The notes under the pieces are model-generated. The model saw only the letters and a list, made by a program, of their open reading frames with translations. It did not search any database and was not told the origin of the DNA. A stretch of 64,000 nt of DNA from an uncultured candidate division Zixibacteria bacterium (GTDB taxonomy: Bacteria; Zixibacteria; MSB-5A5; GN15; FEB-12), in NCBI GenBank assembly GCA_963664195.1, contig OY760907.1, positions 992,001 to 1,056,000 on the forward strand. The letters run 5' to 3'. Made by a program: the position numbers and the translations under genes. Below, piece after piece: positions 29,247-39,566 of the stretch (within the stretch, counting starts at the first letter, position 1; every line of letters begins with the position of its first letter).

Positions 29247-30548
29247 ATGAATATTTGTATGATTGGTACCGGCTATGTTGGCCTCGTCGCAGGCACCTGC
29301 CTCTCTGACTTTGGAATCAACGTCACCTGCGTGGACATAGACGAATCGAAGATCGAACAATTGAAAAACGGCGAAGTTCCGATCTACGAGCGTGGTCTCG
29401 GCGAACTGATCAAGAAGAACGTCAAACTGGAACGGCTCCACTTCTCAACCAACCTGAAAGAAGCCGTCGACCGTTGCCTGGTCATTTTCCTCGCGGTCGG
29501 TACTCCGGAACGCGACGACGGATCGGCGGATTTGTCGGCTCTGCGCGCCGTGGTCAAGGAGATTGCCTCCTATATGACCGAATACAAGATCATCGTCACC
29601 AAGAGCACGGTGCCGGTCGGAACCGCCAAAAGCCTTCGTAAAATGATCAAAGAGAACCTTAAGACCGATTGCGAATTCGATGTTGTCTCCAATCCGGAAT
29701 TCCTGCGAGAAGGTGCCGCGGTCAACGACTTCCTGCACCCGGACCGCGTGGTTCTCGGTTGTGACTCGGAGCGCGCCCTGGCCATCATGCGCGATATCTA
29801 TCGTCCGCTCTACCTGTTGGAAACACCGATAGTGTCGACTTCCAACGAGACGGCCGAAGTTATCAAATACGCCGCCAACACCGCTCTGGCGCTGAAAATA
29901 TCGTATATCAACGAAATCGCCAATCTCTGCGATCTGGTCGGGGCCGACGTGTACCAGGTGGCGGTTGCCATCGGCAAAGACGGACGTATCGGCCCCAAGT
30001 TCCTGCATGCCGGACCGGGCTACGGCGGCTCCTGTTTCCCGAAGGATGTCAAGGCTATTGTCAATACTGCCGAGGAAGTCGGTTACGATTTCAAGCTCGC
30101 CAAGGCAATCGTCGCGGTCAATTCCCTCCAGTGGAAACGGGTCGTGGACAAATCCCGTGAAACCCTTGGCGGCTTTGAAGGCAAAACGATCGCTATTTTG
30201 GGATTATCGTTTAAGCCGCAAACCGACGATGTTCGCGAGGCTCCTGCTATTCATATTGCGAACGCGATGATTGCCGAAGGTGCTGTCATCCGCGGTTTTG
30301 ATCCGGTGGCAATGGATGAGGCACGGAAAAACGCACCGGACATCACCTACTGCGGTGATGCCTACTCCGCTGCCGAAAACGCCGACATGCTGTTGATCAC
30401 TACCGAGTGGCATGAGTTCCGCGACTTGCACCTCCAGCGGATGAAGGAAACCCTGCGCACGCCTGTTGTGTACGACACCAGGAACATTTATGACCCGAAA
30501 CAGGTACGAGAGATGGGATTCACCTACCTGTGCACCGGTCGACCGTAA
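29247..30548 (+). CDS. ugd: UDP-glucose/GDP-mannose 6-dehydrogenase
   Basis: IGTGYVGL, KSTVPVG, SNPEFLREG, GYGGSCFPKD and LSFKP.TDD.R. RBS GGAGG. Confidence 0.95.
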   Translation: MNICMIGTGYVGLVAGTCLSDFGINVTCVDIDESKIEQLKNGEVPIYERGLGELIKKNVKLERLHFSTNLKEAVDRCLVIFLAVGTPERDDGSADLSALRAVVKEIASYMTEYKIIVTKSTVPVGTAKSLRKMIKENLKTDCEFDVVSNPEFLREGAAVNDFLHPDRVVLGCDSERALAIMRDIYRPLYLLETPIVSTSNETAEVIKYAANTALALKISYINEIANLCDLVGADVYQVAVAIGKDGRIGPKFLHAGPGYGGSCFPKDVKAIVNTAEEVGYDFKLAKAIVAVNSLQWKRVVDKSRETLGGFEGKTIAILGLSFKPQTDDVREAPAIHIANAMIAEGAVIRGFDPVAMDEARKNAPDITYCGDAYSAAENADMLLITTEWHEFRDLHLQRMKETLRTPVVYDTRNIYDPKQVREMGFTYLCTGRP

Positions 30549-30569
30549 TATGCCGTGTGACAACAGGGA

Positions 30570-32072
30570 TTGAATGAATCGCAGTTGCGCCGTATAAGGA
30601 TTGTAGTGGACACTTACCGTGATCATCGCACACGACACGATGTGGTGCGACAGAGTCATCTGTTCTGGGTTTTCCTGCTCCTCGCGAGCATGATTGCCGG
30701 CACCGTATCAGCGCTTTTCCTGCCGCCGGTCCTCATGATCGGATTGGTGTTAGTCCTGGTGTCTGTTGTGGTCATCATGCGGTATCCGTATGTAGGTCTG
30801 CTGATTTACCTCGCGATCTTCATGCTCCGTCCCGGCGAGCTGTACCCGGCCCTCGAAGCGTTGCGGATGGAAAGAATCGTGGGAATCCTCGTGCTGGTGG
30901 CCACGATTATCCGCCACAAGCGCGTCCACGGTTACTTGTTCTTCCCCAACGATACCGGCACCAAGCTGCTTTTTGCCTTTCTGGGAATCATGTGCGCGTC
31001 CTGGGTGACCAGTTACGACGCCGAAGAGACCGGGATGATTCTGGAGAGCTTCCTCAAGCTCATGGTGTTTTATGTCATCATTATCTACGAGTTAGATACG
31101 AAGGAGAAATTCAACTTCTTCCTTGGCGCGTTTATCCTGATGATCGGAGTGATAGCCTTTCTCTCTTTCCGTGACTATTACGGCGGCGGCGCGATCTACC
31201 GCATGGGCATCCAGCGTGCCATCGGGAGGACTTCAGCCGGCGGCGATGCCAACTCGCTGGCCGGCACCCTGGCGACGACCGTTCCGCTGGCAGTGGTGTT
31301 CTTGCGATACCATCGTAATCTCCTGATACGCCTGTTCACCGTCGGCCTTATCGGCTTGCTGCTCCTGATGATAGTGAACACCGGCTCACGTTCGGGACTG
31401 CTGACGTTAATCGTGGTTACCGGTGCAATCGTGTGGTTCTCAAAATACCGCGCCATTTCGACTGTGGTGGCAGGCATTCTGTTTGTTGCAAGCTGGTTTG
31501 TCATCCCGGATCAGTACCAGGCTCGATACACAACGATGTTTGACGAAGGCCGCAATGCCGATGATATCTCCTCCGGCCGAATCGCAATTTGGGAAAACGG
31601 CCTGCGAATGGCTATCAAAAAACCCGTGCTTGGAGTCGGAGCCGGCGCGTTCCGTGCCGCCAATAGATCCGGCGATTTCGGTCCCTCAAAAGACATGCAG
31701 GCGCACAACCTGTATATCCAGCTCTTTGCCACCGTCGGTATTATCGGTGCCGTCGTCTGGCTGTGGTTTCTTATCAGGATGCTCAAACAACTGTTCCGAC
31801 CTCGCCCGCCTTCGACAGACGAGGATGAGAAAACCTCCGATGAAGCCTGGGATAACAACCGCTGGTTCGACCTGATGCGTGAGGGGATCATTGGCACACT
31901 GGCTGGCCTGATGATATCCGGCATGTTCGGTCATTCCCTCTATCGGTACACCTGGTACCTGATGGCCGCGTTCACGTTAACCCTCGTCACCATCTACTAC
32001 CGAAATATCCGCAAGGATGACGAGACGGACGAGGAAATCGAGCCTGAAACGAAACCGGCAGTGGAGACCTGA
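30570..32072 (+). CDS. O-antigen ligase/Wzy-family polytopic membrane protein
   Basis: Many TM segments, DANSLA, TGSRSG, R..IW, P.LGVG.G.F and AHNLY.Q. Start codon uncertain. Confidence 0.85.
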   Translation: MNESQLRRIRIVVDTYRDHRTRHDVVRQSHLFWVFLLLASMIAGTVSALFLPPVLMIGLVLVLVSVVVIMRYPYVGLLIYLAIFMLRPGELYPALEALRMERIVGILVLVATIIRHKRVHGYLFFPNDTGTKLLFAFLGIMCASWVTSYDAEETGMILESFLKLMVFYVIIIYELDTKEKFNFFLGAFILMIGVIAFLSFRDYYGGGAIYRMGIQRAIGRTSAGGDANSLAGTLATTVPLAVVFLRYHRNLLIRLFTVGLIGLLLLMIVNTGSRSGLLTLIVVTGAIVWFSKYRAISTVVAGILFVASWFVIPDQYQARYTTMFDEGRNADDISSGRIAIWENGLRMAIKKPVLGVGAGAFRAANRSGDFGPSKDMQAHNLYIQLFATVGIIGAVVWLWFLIRMLKQLFRPRPPSTDEDEKTSDEAWDNNRWFDLMREGIIGTLAGLMISGMFGHSLYRYTWYLMAAFTLTLVTIYYRNIRKDDETDEEIEPETKPAVET

Positions 32073-32073
32073 G

Positions 32074-33447
32074 ATGGATCTGATTGCTCCGCTGGCCAAA
32101 TACTTGCTTGAACCGATCATCGCGTATCGTGAGGGATCCAACCATTTGCGCGTTCTCTCCGAACTGGAACGAAGCCAATACGCGTCACCAGAGGAAATCG
32201 AACAGGTGCGCCTGGAGCGGCTCAAGCGGTTGCTGAACCACGCCAAACAAAACACTCTATTTTATGCCAAACGATTCGCCGAGCACGAATTCGATCCGTC
32301 GCAGGTAACCAATCTGAAGGATCTGGCCAAACTGCCGGTGATCCGTAAGGCCGACATCCAGCAGCACGCCGCTGACATGAAGGCAACCAACATGCCCGGC
32401 AGAATCCTTCCCAATCAAACAGGCGGCTCGACCGGTGCCCCCCTCAGATTCTTCGTGAACCGTGAGAGGACTTTCAGCCAGAAGGCTGCTACCTGGCGGC
32501 ACGATCGCTGGGCAGGCTGGGATATCGGTCGCAAAATGGGCGTACTCTGGGGAAACAGGGTCGACTTTGAACACAAGGTTTCGATCAAAGACAGGCTGAG
32601 GACTTTCCTCGCTGACCGTCGGCTCATTCTAGACACCAGCAGTATCACGCCACAGATTCTCGCGGACTTCACCGAAGCGCTCAGGTCTTATCGGCCGCCG
32701 ACTTACCTGGCATACGCCAATTCGATCTATCTGTTCGCGCGCTACCTGAAGGAAAACAACATCCGGGACTACCACCGCCCGCAAGGTATCATCACCTCGG
32801 CGGAACTCCTGACTGGCTCGCAGCGAGCACTAATCGAAGAAGTGTTTGACTGTCGCGTGTTCAATCGGTATGGTTGCCGCGAGACCAGCATCATTGCCTC
32901 CGAGTGCTCCGAACACAACGGCCTGCACATCAACGCGGAGCAGGTGTATATCGAATTCGTAACACAGGACGGCGTTGCCAACAAATCACGACCGGGGAAA
33001 ATCGTCATTACTGATTTGCTCAACTACGGTATGCCGTTGATTCGCTACCAGATAGAGGATATGGGCTACGCGACGAATCAATCCTGTCCGTGCGGGCGAG
33101 GCCTTCCGCTGATGCAGATGGCCGGAGGACGTGTGACTGATTTCCTCATTACTCCGGCAGGCAAGGTGATCTCGGGCGCCTCAATGACCATTTATTTCAT
33201 TGCCACTGTCCCCGGCATTACTCAGGCGCAGATCGTCCAGAAGCAGAAAGATCATCTCATCTTGAAGGTCATCAAGAACGAGAAATTTGACGACAATTCA
33301 CTGAAGATACTGGAACAGAAAGTCATAGAGTTCTTTGGCCCGGAAATGAAATACGATCTGGAATCTGTCGACTGCATTCCTTCGACAGCCTCCGGCAAAC
33401 ACCTGTTCAGCATCTGTGAACTTGACCCAATCCAGTTTTTGTGTTAG
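32074..33447 (+). CDS. Phenylacetate-CoA ligase-like adenylating enzyme (CapK-like) 1
   Basis: LPVI.K, TGGSTG.P, YGCRE, TDL.NY.MPLIRY.I.D, GR..D and SGK. Confidence 0.88.
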   Translation: MDLIAPLAKYLLEPIIAYREGSNHLRVLSELERSQYASPEEIEQVRLERLKRLLNHAKQNTLFYAKRFAEHEFDPSQVTNLKDLAKLPVIRKADIQQHAADMKATNMPGRILPNQTGGSTGAPLRFFVNRERTFSQKAATWRHDRWAGWDIGRKMGVLWGNRVDFEHKVSIKDRLRTFLADRRLILDTSSITPQILADFTEALRSYRPPTYLAYANSIYLFARYLKENNIRDYHRPQGIITSAELLTGSQRALIEEVFDCRVFNRYGCRETSIIASECSEHNGLHINAEQVYIEFVTQDGVANKSRPGKIVITDLLNYGMPLIRYQIEDMGYATNQSCPCGRGLPLMQMAGGRVTDFLITPAGKVISGASMTIYFIATVPGITQAQIVQKQKDHLILKVIKNEKFDDNSLKILEQKVIEFFGPEMKYDLESVDCIPSTASGKHLFSICELDPIQFLC

Positions 33448-33506
33448 TCTGCGATAGTACGATAACGGCAGACCAAACGAACAGTTTAATCTTAGGGACT
33501 ACCGCC

Positions 33507-34676
33507 ATGAAATTGATGCGGCGTGTTATTCTGATTGTTGTCATCCTAGCGGTGTCAGCCAGCGGGTGGATCGGCTATCGACTATACAGCTCAAACATGA
33601 TGATATGGCTGCCAAATTACGTTCTTGAGGACAACTCTGTTGAGCCTGTCGAAGGCGTGACGGACATCATCTTCTTCGTCCCCGACCATTGGGAACCGGG
33701 CGGCAATCTCGAGCCGCTGAATCTGAGCCTCAAAGGCTATCGCAGTCTGTGTGACCAGCACAAAGATGCCGATGGTATCGGTTTTCAAGCCTCCTTTTTC
33801 TACCCGATAAATTCCTTCCGCGGCTTTGAGGTAGACAGCCTTGTAAAAATGTGTGCCCAGGGCGGCGGCGATATTGAAGTACACTTGCATCACCACGGCG
33901 ATACGCCGGAAACCTTCCGCCTCAAAATGCTGGCCGGCATCGACTCTTTGCGCGCGCACGGCGCGTTGATCAGTCCGGACGGAGACACTCATTTCTCCTT
34001 TGTCCACGGTAACTGGGCGCTGGACAATTCCCGGGTGTATCAAGGTCGGGACATGTGCGGCGTCAACAATGAAATTGAGATTCTCCAAGAGCTTGGCTGC
34101 TACGCCGACTTTACCTTCCCCGCCCTCACTCATACGGCTCAGCCGACTATTGTCAATGAAATCTACTACTGCGTTGACGACCCTGACAAACCCAAATCTC
34201 ACGATTCCGGCGTGCCAACCAGAGTGGGGTATCATCCTCGTGCGGACGAGTTTATGATTTTCGAAGGCCCCCTGGTAGTGGACTGGGCGGACTGGCAGTC
34301 GGTCACTCACCCAACTTTTGAAGACGGCAACCTGTATTACGAAATGGAGACCAACCTCCATCGGTTTGAAGTCTGGCTCAACGCAAACATTCACGTTGAG
34401 GGTAGATCAAACTGGGTTTTCGTCCGACCCTTTACACACGGTTGCCATTTGAGAGCGGAAGGCTCCTACGAGAACATCTACGGCGAGAACATGCACCGCA
34501 TGCTCACCGAGGTCGAACGCCTGTACAACGATGGCAAGAAGTATCGACTCCACTACGTGACGGCGAGAGAGGCGTATAACATCGTGAAGGCGGCCGAAGA
34601 CGGCAAAAACGGCAACCCGAATGACTTCCGGGACTACGTACTGAAACCGTACCAATACCAGGTGCCGGCGATCTGA
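33507..34676 (+). CDS. Membrane-anchored conserved hypothetical protein, possible metal-dependent deacetylase-like fold
   Basis: N-terminal TM, DHWEP, EVHLHH, FVHGNWALDN, GCYADFTFP, THG and LHYVTARE.YN. Confidence 0.65.
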   Translation: MKLMRRVILIVVILAVSASGWIGYRLYSSNMMIWLPNYVLEDNSVEPVEGVTDIIFFVPDHWEPGGNLEPLNLSLKGYRSLCDQHKDADGIGFQASFFYPINSFRGFEVDSLVKMCAQGGGDIEVHLHHHGDTPETFRLKMLAGIDSLRAHGALISPDGDTHFSFVHGNWALDNSRVYQGRDMCGVNNEIEILQELGCYADFTFPALTHTAQPTIVNEIYYCVDDPDKPKSHDSGVPTRVGYHPRADEFMIFEGPLVVDWADWQSVTHPTFEDGNLYYEMETNLHRFEVWLNANIHVEGRSNWVFVRPFTHGCHLRAEGSYENIYGENMHRMLTEVERLYNDGKKYRLHYVTAREAYNIVKAAEDGKNGNPNDFRDYVLKPYQYQVPAI

Positions 34677-34751
34677 CCGAAGTAGAAACCTGTTTGGTAT
34701 TTTGATGTTCAAAACGGCATTCTATCCGCAAGCTCAAAGGACGACTCCCGT

Positions 34752-36176
34752 ATGAGCAGCTATTCGACATTGCTGCGCAAAACGTTTCTGCCGGTGCTTC
34801 TCAGGAGGGACAACCGTGGATCGGCGCTTGAGCACTGGGAGTTCCTCAAGAAAACCCAGTTCTGGACAAGACAGCAATTGCTCGATTACCAGTGGCAAAA
34901 ACTGACGACCCTGCTTGAACATGCCTACAATACCTGTCCGTACTATACTCGCAAATTCAACGAACTGAGCCTGACTCCGGGTTCGTTCAAGAGCGTCGAA
35001 GATCTCCGCCTGCTGCCGATTCTCACTCGCCATGACCTGTACGACCACAAAGACGACCTGGTCTCCTCGAAGTTTCGGCAGGATCAACTGCAGCAGTACA
35101 GCACCGGTGGAACCACCGGCCAGCGGGCGGTATCTCACCGCAATCAGGAATCGTTCAATATCAAACTCGGGCTCCAATGGCGGCATGAAGGCTGGATGGG
35201 GCGTATGCCGTGCGATAAGATGATCCAGCTCTGGCCGGCAAATATGGATTTCGTCGAAGACCCCGGCTGGAAGGAAAAGATCAAAGACCGCTACTTCCTG
35301 CGCTCTCTGATGTACCAGGCCGGATCGGCCCGCGAAGAAGAACTGCGCAACGTTGTGGCGGGGTTCAAATCGTTCAAACCGAAGTTTCTGAAAGTGTTCC
35401 CGTCTGCCCTGCAAAAACTGGCCGAGTATCTGGTCGAAACACATGACAGAGTGCCACATATCAGGGGCATTCAATCAACCGGCGAGCCGCTGTATGACTC
35501 AACCCGGGCGCTGTTCGAAAATGTCTTCCAAACACCCGTGTATGACATGTACGGTACCCGCGAGGTGGGCAACACAGCCTGCCAGTGTCATGAGGGTAAA
35601 TCACTTCATGTAGCAATGGAAACGCAGATCGTCGAGTTCGTCAAGAACGGCCAACCGGTTGAGTACGGCGAAGAGGGCGAGATGCTCATCACCGATTTGA
35701 CCAACTACGGCGCGCCGATGATTCGCTATCAGATCAACGATTACGGTGTGCCTGTCAAGGAAGACTGCGCCTGCGGGCGTGGTCTGGCTACTATGAGCAA
35801 TGCGGTCGGTCGCGTAACAGATGACATCGTCGCCCCCGATGGTACCCGTCACAGCGGGCATGTGCTGGGCGTCGTGTTGACTTTCGAAGGCCCGATGTTG
35901 GTTGGCCAGATGCAGATCGAGCAGCATTCGCTTCACGACTATCTCATCCGGGTGACGAATAAACCGGTGCCAACGCAGGATAAATTCGATTACATTACCG
36001 ATGCTATACGTAAGTTGGTGCGCGCCGAAGTGAAGATTGATTTCGAGGTAGTGGACCAGATTCCCCGCGAAAAATCGGGGAAAGTACGATACGTTGTCAA
36101 CAAGCTCAGCGAGGCGGAAAAAGCCCAAGCAGGTAGTGCCCGGGAGGGTTCGGTTGAAGATACTGGTCATAGATGA
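34752..36176 (+). CDS. Phenylacetate-CoA ligase-like adenylating enzyme (CapK-like) 2
   Basis: LPILT, STGGTTG, YGTRE, TDLTNY..PMIRY.IND, GR..D and SGK. Confidence 0.88.
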   Translation: MSSYSTLLRKTFLPVLLRRDNRGSALEHWEFLKKTQFWTRQQLLDYQWQKLTTLLEHAYNTCPYYTRKFNELSLTPGSFKSVEDLRLLPILTRHDLYDHKDDLVSSKFRQDQLQQYSTGGTTGQRAVSHRNQESFNIKLGLQWRHEGWMGRMPCDKMIQLWPANMDFVEDPGWKEKIKDRYFLRSLMYQAGSAREEELRNVVAGFKSFKPKFLKVFPSALQKLAEYLVETHDRVPHIRGIQSTGEPLYDSTRALFENVFQTPVYDMYGTREVGNTACQCHEGKSLHVAMETQIVEFVKNGQPVEYGEEGEMLITDLTNYGAPMIRYQINDYGVPVKEDCACGRGLATMSNAVGRVTDDIVAPDGTRHSGHVLGVVLTFEGPMLVGQMQIEQHSLHDYLIRVTNKPVPTQDKFDYITDAIRKLVRAEVKIDFEVVDQIPREKSGKVRYVVNKLSEAEKAQAGSAREGSVEDTGHR

Positions 36177-36627
36177 GGAGTTCCCATATCCGCTCAACAC
36201 GGGAAAGCGGAAAAGAACCTTCTCTCTAACCAAAACGCTCACCAACGATAACGTTGTCTCATATCTCGCTTACGGCTCCCCCGCACAGGATTCTATGAAA
36301 TTCCCTGAATCCAACGTCATCACCTGTCACGCAGTTCCTCCGCCGGATTGCGACCAGCACGGACCGTCTTTCTACTGGCGGTTATTCGCCAACCTGTTCT
36401 CGGGTCTGCCATATATTGCCACCAGCCACCATACCGAACGGTATGCCGGCAAGCTTCGGAAACTGGTGCTCTCCACCTCGGTTGAAGCTGAAGGATTGGA
36501 AGTGACTGACGGCGCGAATAGTGTAATCGCCGATGACGGACGCCAACTGGTTGAGAGAGAGTATCGCCGGGAAAGCCTCGGAGAGAAACTCGATCCTTAT
36601 CTTGGTGAGGTTGTTGCAAGGTCATGA
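36154..36627 (+). pseudogene. Internally deleted GT4 remnant (in frame)
   Basis: TTG start after GGGAGG. The GT4 N-terminus (KILVIDEEFPYPLN.GK..R) is joined to C-terminal pieces (STSV.AEGL, IADD, GRQLVE.EY). Only 157 aa versus about 370-445 aa for the neighbouring GT4s. Confidence 0.7.
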
Positions 36628-37730
36628 ACATTCTCCATCTGAGAGCATCGAATTTCTACGGCGGACCGGAACGTCAGCTTCACCTTCACGCCCGTGAAGC
36701 CCGCGACTCCAAATACAACGTAACCGTGGCATCGTTCTCAGAAAACGGCAACATGCCCGAGTACCTGCAGACTATAGCCGAGGACAACATCCCCACGCAC
36801 TTATTCGAGGTTTCGTCGGCTTATGATACGAGCGTGATTGCATTGATTAGAGACTACTTGGAGAAAGGCAACGTTTCGATTCTCTGTTCGCACGATTACC
36901 GGACAACTGTCTGGGCGTGCCTTGCTGCGCGACGGTCCAAATCCCGCTGGCTCGCGTTCTCGCGCGGGTATACGCAGGATAATCTCAAAGTCCGTCTTTA
37001 TCACACCGTTGACAAGTTCCTGATCCGGCAGGCCAACCATATCGTGGCCGTGTCAGGCGCACAAAAAGACCGACTCAGGCGTCTGCTGATCAGGGAGCGA
37101 CAGATTTCCGTCGTCTCCAACGCTATTGCGCCGAAGATTTTCGATGAAACAGAAACGGTGAATCTCAGGAGCCGGTTTGCCTTCGAACCAGACGCAATCG
37201 TCGCCGTGTCCGGCGGACGCTTCAGCCGTGAGAAAGGGCAGAGATACCTGATCGAAGCAGCCGCCGTCGCGATCAAGCAGAATCCGAAACTCAGATTTGT
37301 GCTGTTTGGCGACGGTCCTGATCTCGAACATGAGAGGGAACATCTACGCAGCCTCCGACTTGAGGGGAAAGTCATCTGCCCGGGATTCGAGAGGAATCTT
37401 GTCGGCTGCCTCAAAGATGCTGATATTCTGGTGAACCCTTCGCTGTCGGAGGGCCTGCCGAATATCGTCCTCGAAGCAATGGCAGTCCGAACAGCGGCGG
37501 TAGCCACGGCGGTGGGCGGCGTACCTGAGATTATTGACGACGGGAAGACCGGACTACTCGTGCCGGCCAGAGATGCCGACGCGCTTGCCAAAGCTATTCT
37601 TCGGGCTGCCGACAATTCTGAGATGAGGGCCGGGCTTACAGAGCAGGCCCTGAGTCTTATCAAGGCCGAGTATTCGTTTGAACGCCAGTTCGAAAGACTT
37701 GCGCAGTTATACGATAGATTCGGAAACTGA
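36624..37730 (+). CDS. Glycosyltransferase family 4
   Basis: GGPE, VAVS, GR.S.EKG, PS.SEGLPN..LEAM and VGG.PE. Confidence 0.92.
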   Translation: MNILHLRASNFYGGPERQLHLHAREARDSKYNVTVASFSENGNMPEYLQTIAEDNIPTHLFEVSSAYDTSVIALIRDYLEKGNVSILCSHDYRTTVWACLAARRSKSRWLAFSRGYTQDNLKVRLYHTVDKFLIRQANHIVAVSGAQKDRLRRLLIRERQISVVSNAIAPKIFDETETVNLRSRFAFEPDAIVAVSGGRFSREKGQRYLIEAAAVAIKQNPKLRFVLFGDGPDLEHEREHLRSLRLEGKVICPGFERNLVGCLKDADILVNPSLSEGLPNIVLEAMAVRTAAVATAVGGVPEIIDDGKTGLLVPARDADALAKAILRAADNSEMRAGLTEQALSLIKAEYSFERQFERLAQLYDRFGN

Positions 37731-37739
37731 GTCACGAAA

Positions 37740-38873
37740 ATGATTAATATCGCTTACGTCATAGACACTATCGCGACTCCGCGAGCAGGAACTGAGAAGC
37801 AACTCCTGATGCTGCTCAAGGGACTGGATCGCAACCGATTCAATCCGACACTGGTTTGCCTGCGCAACTCTGAGTGGCTTGAAGATCAGGCGCTTTCCTG
37901 TGATCTGGAAATACTGAATCTCGGATCGATACTTCGACCAAGTTTTTTCGGAGCCGCCTCGCGCTTCAAGAAACTGCACCGTGAGCGCAAATTCGATATC
38001 GTGCAGACGTTCTTCCTCGACGCTAACCTGTTCGGCACCATCGCCGCCCGGATGGCAGGAATCAAGAACGTCGTCTCCAGCCGAAGGAACATCGGTTACT
38101 GGCATACATGGTTCTATCGCACCATGCTGAGAATGCTTCGTCGCTGGACGTCGTATTATCTCGCCAATTCAAAGGCCGTCCTTGATGTCTCGCTTGAGGC
38201 CGAGGGAATCGCGCCGGAGAACATCACGGTCATCTACAACGGCCTTGATCTATCGCAGTATGAAGTCATCGAAGAGTCTGTTCGTCTCAGGCAGCGACAT
38301 ACCTGGGGCGTGGCCGACAACGAACTGCTCGTGGGGGCGGTGGCAAACCTTCGCCCGGTGAAGAACATCCCCTCGCTCATTTCGGCGGCGGCGCGGCTAA
38401 CGAGGAAACACGCCGGTCTCAAATTCGTCGTGGTGGGCGAAGGCCCGGACCGCGAACAGCTCCAACAGCAGGTCGATTCGGCGGGACTGACTGACCGGTT
38501 CCGCATGGTGGGTGCGCACAATGACATAGTACCCTGCCTGGCAGCTTTTGATGTCGGTGTTCAGTGCTCCCGGTCTGAGAGTTTTTCCGGTTCGCTCGTA
38601 GAGTATATGGCGGCAGGTTTGCCAATAGCGGCCTCGGCTGTAGGCGGCAACGTCGAGGCTATCAGTCACGAACAGACCGGCCTTCTGTACGATGTGAACG
38701 ATCCGAACGGCCTTGTCTCAACGATTTCGGCGCTGCTGTCGGATCTGGGGAAAGCCTTGCAGTACGGTGAGTCGGCCCGAGAAGCGGCCTTTGCCCATTA
38801 CTCAGAAGAGGCTTGCGTCAAAGCTCATGAGCGTTACTATACAGATATCATGGAGAAACGGAGTAGAACATGA
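37740..38873 (+). CDS. Glycosyltransferase family 4
   Basis: AGTEK, ANS.AV, IYNG.D, VANLRPVKN and SESFS..LVEYMAAG. Confidence 0.92.
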   Translation: MINIAYVIDTIATPRAGTEKQLLMLLKGLDRNRFNPTLVCLRNSEWLEDQALSCDLEILNLGSILRPSFFGAASRFKKLHRERKFDIVQTFFLDANLFGTIAARMAGIKNVVSSRRNIGYWHTWFYRTMLRMLRRWTSYYLANSKAVLDVSLEAEGIAPENITVIYNGLDLSQYEVIEESVRLRQRHTWGVADNELLVGAVANLRPVKNIPSLISAAARLTRKHAGLKFVVVGEGPDREQLQQQVDSAGLTDRFRMVGAHNDIVPCLAAFDVGVQCSRSESFSGSLVEYMAAGLPIAASAVGGNVEAISHEQTGLLYDVNDPNGLVSTISALLSDLGKALQYGESAREAAFAHYSEEACVKAHERYYTDIMEKRSRT

Positions 38874-39499
38874 GGAAGGCGATTAAGTGGCTGCTACTGA
38901 GCATCGTTTTTGTGCTGGTGCTGCCGTTCGGGCTGATGGCCAAGCTTGCCTACTCGGTGATTGGGACACAGGAAATCTTTGATCTCTGCGCCCAGACCTT
39001 TGCCTTTGTCCCCAGTCGGCTCGGTTGCTTCATCCGTACCTGTTACTACAAGCAGACGCTTGCTCAATCCTATATGGACGTCGATTTCCTGTTCGGCTCG
39101 ATAGTCTCAAAACCTCGGACCACAATCGGCCACCGCGCAGTGATCGCTTCATTTGCCTCCGTGGGTCTTGCGGATCTGGAAGAAGAAGCGGTGATCGGCA
39201 ACCGGACCACTCTTCTCTCGGGAGGCCATCACCACAATTTCTCCGATCCTGATCTACCGATCTTCCACGGCGACAGCAAATTCACCCGAATAGTCGTTGG
39301 GAAGAGGACTTTCGTCGGTGATAGCTGTGTTGTCATTGCCAGCATAGGACAAAACTCGGTGATTGGAGCCGGATCGGTAGTGGTAAAAGAGATTCCTGAT
39401 TATGTCGTTGCCGTTGGAAACCCGGCCCGCGTAATCAAGGAACGCCCGCGAAATACTTCCACAGAAGCTGGCGACTCCACAGTGGCTCAGCGCCCATAA
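38870..39499 (+). CDS. Hexapeptide-repeat acetyl/acyltransferase
   Basis: LSG.HHH, IG..SVIGAGSVV and VAVGNPARV. Confidence 0.88.
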   Translation: MRKAIKWLLLSIVFVLVLPFGLMAKLAYSVIGTQEIFDLCAQTFAFVPSRLGCFIRTCYYKQTLAQSYMDVDFLFGSIVSKPRTTIGHRAVIASFASVGLADLEEEAVIGNRTTLLSGGHHHNFSDPDLPIFHGDSKFTRIVVGKRTFVGDSCVVIASIGQNSVIGAGSVVVKEIPDYVVAVGNPARVIKERPRNTSTEAGDSTVAQRP

Positions 39500-39550
39500 C
39501 AGAAACAGCAATCAGCCGACAAGCGGCTGTCCGGCACACCTTTACGTTCA

Positions 39551-39566
39551 CCCCCCCCCCCCCCCC
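39551..39566. repeat. C16 homopolymer (G16 on the minus strand)
   Basis: 16 consecutive C in an intergenic region. Confidence 0.9.
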
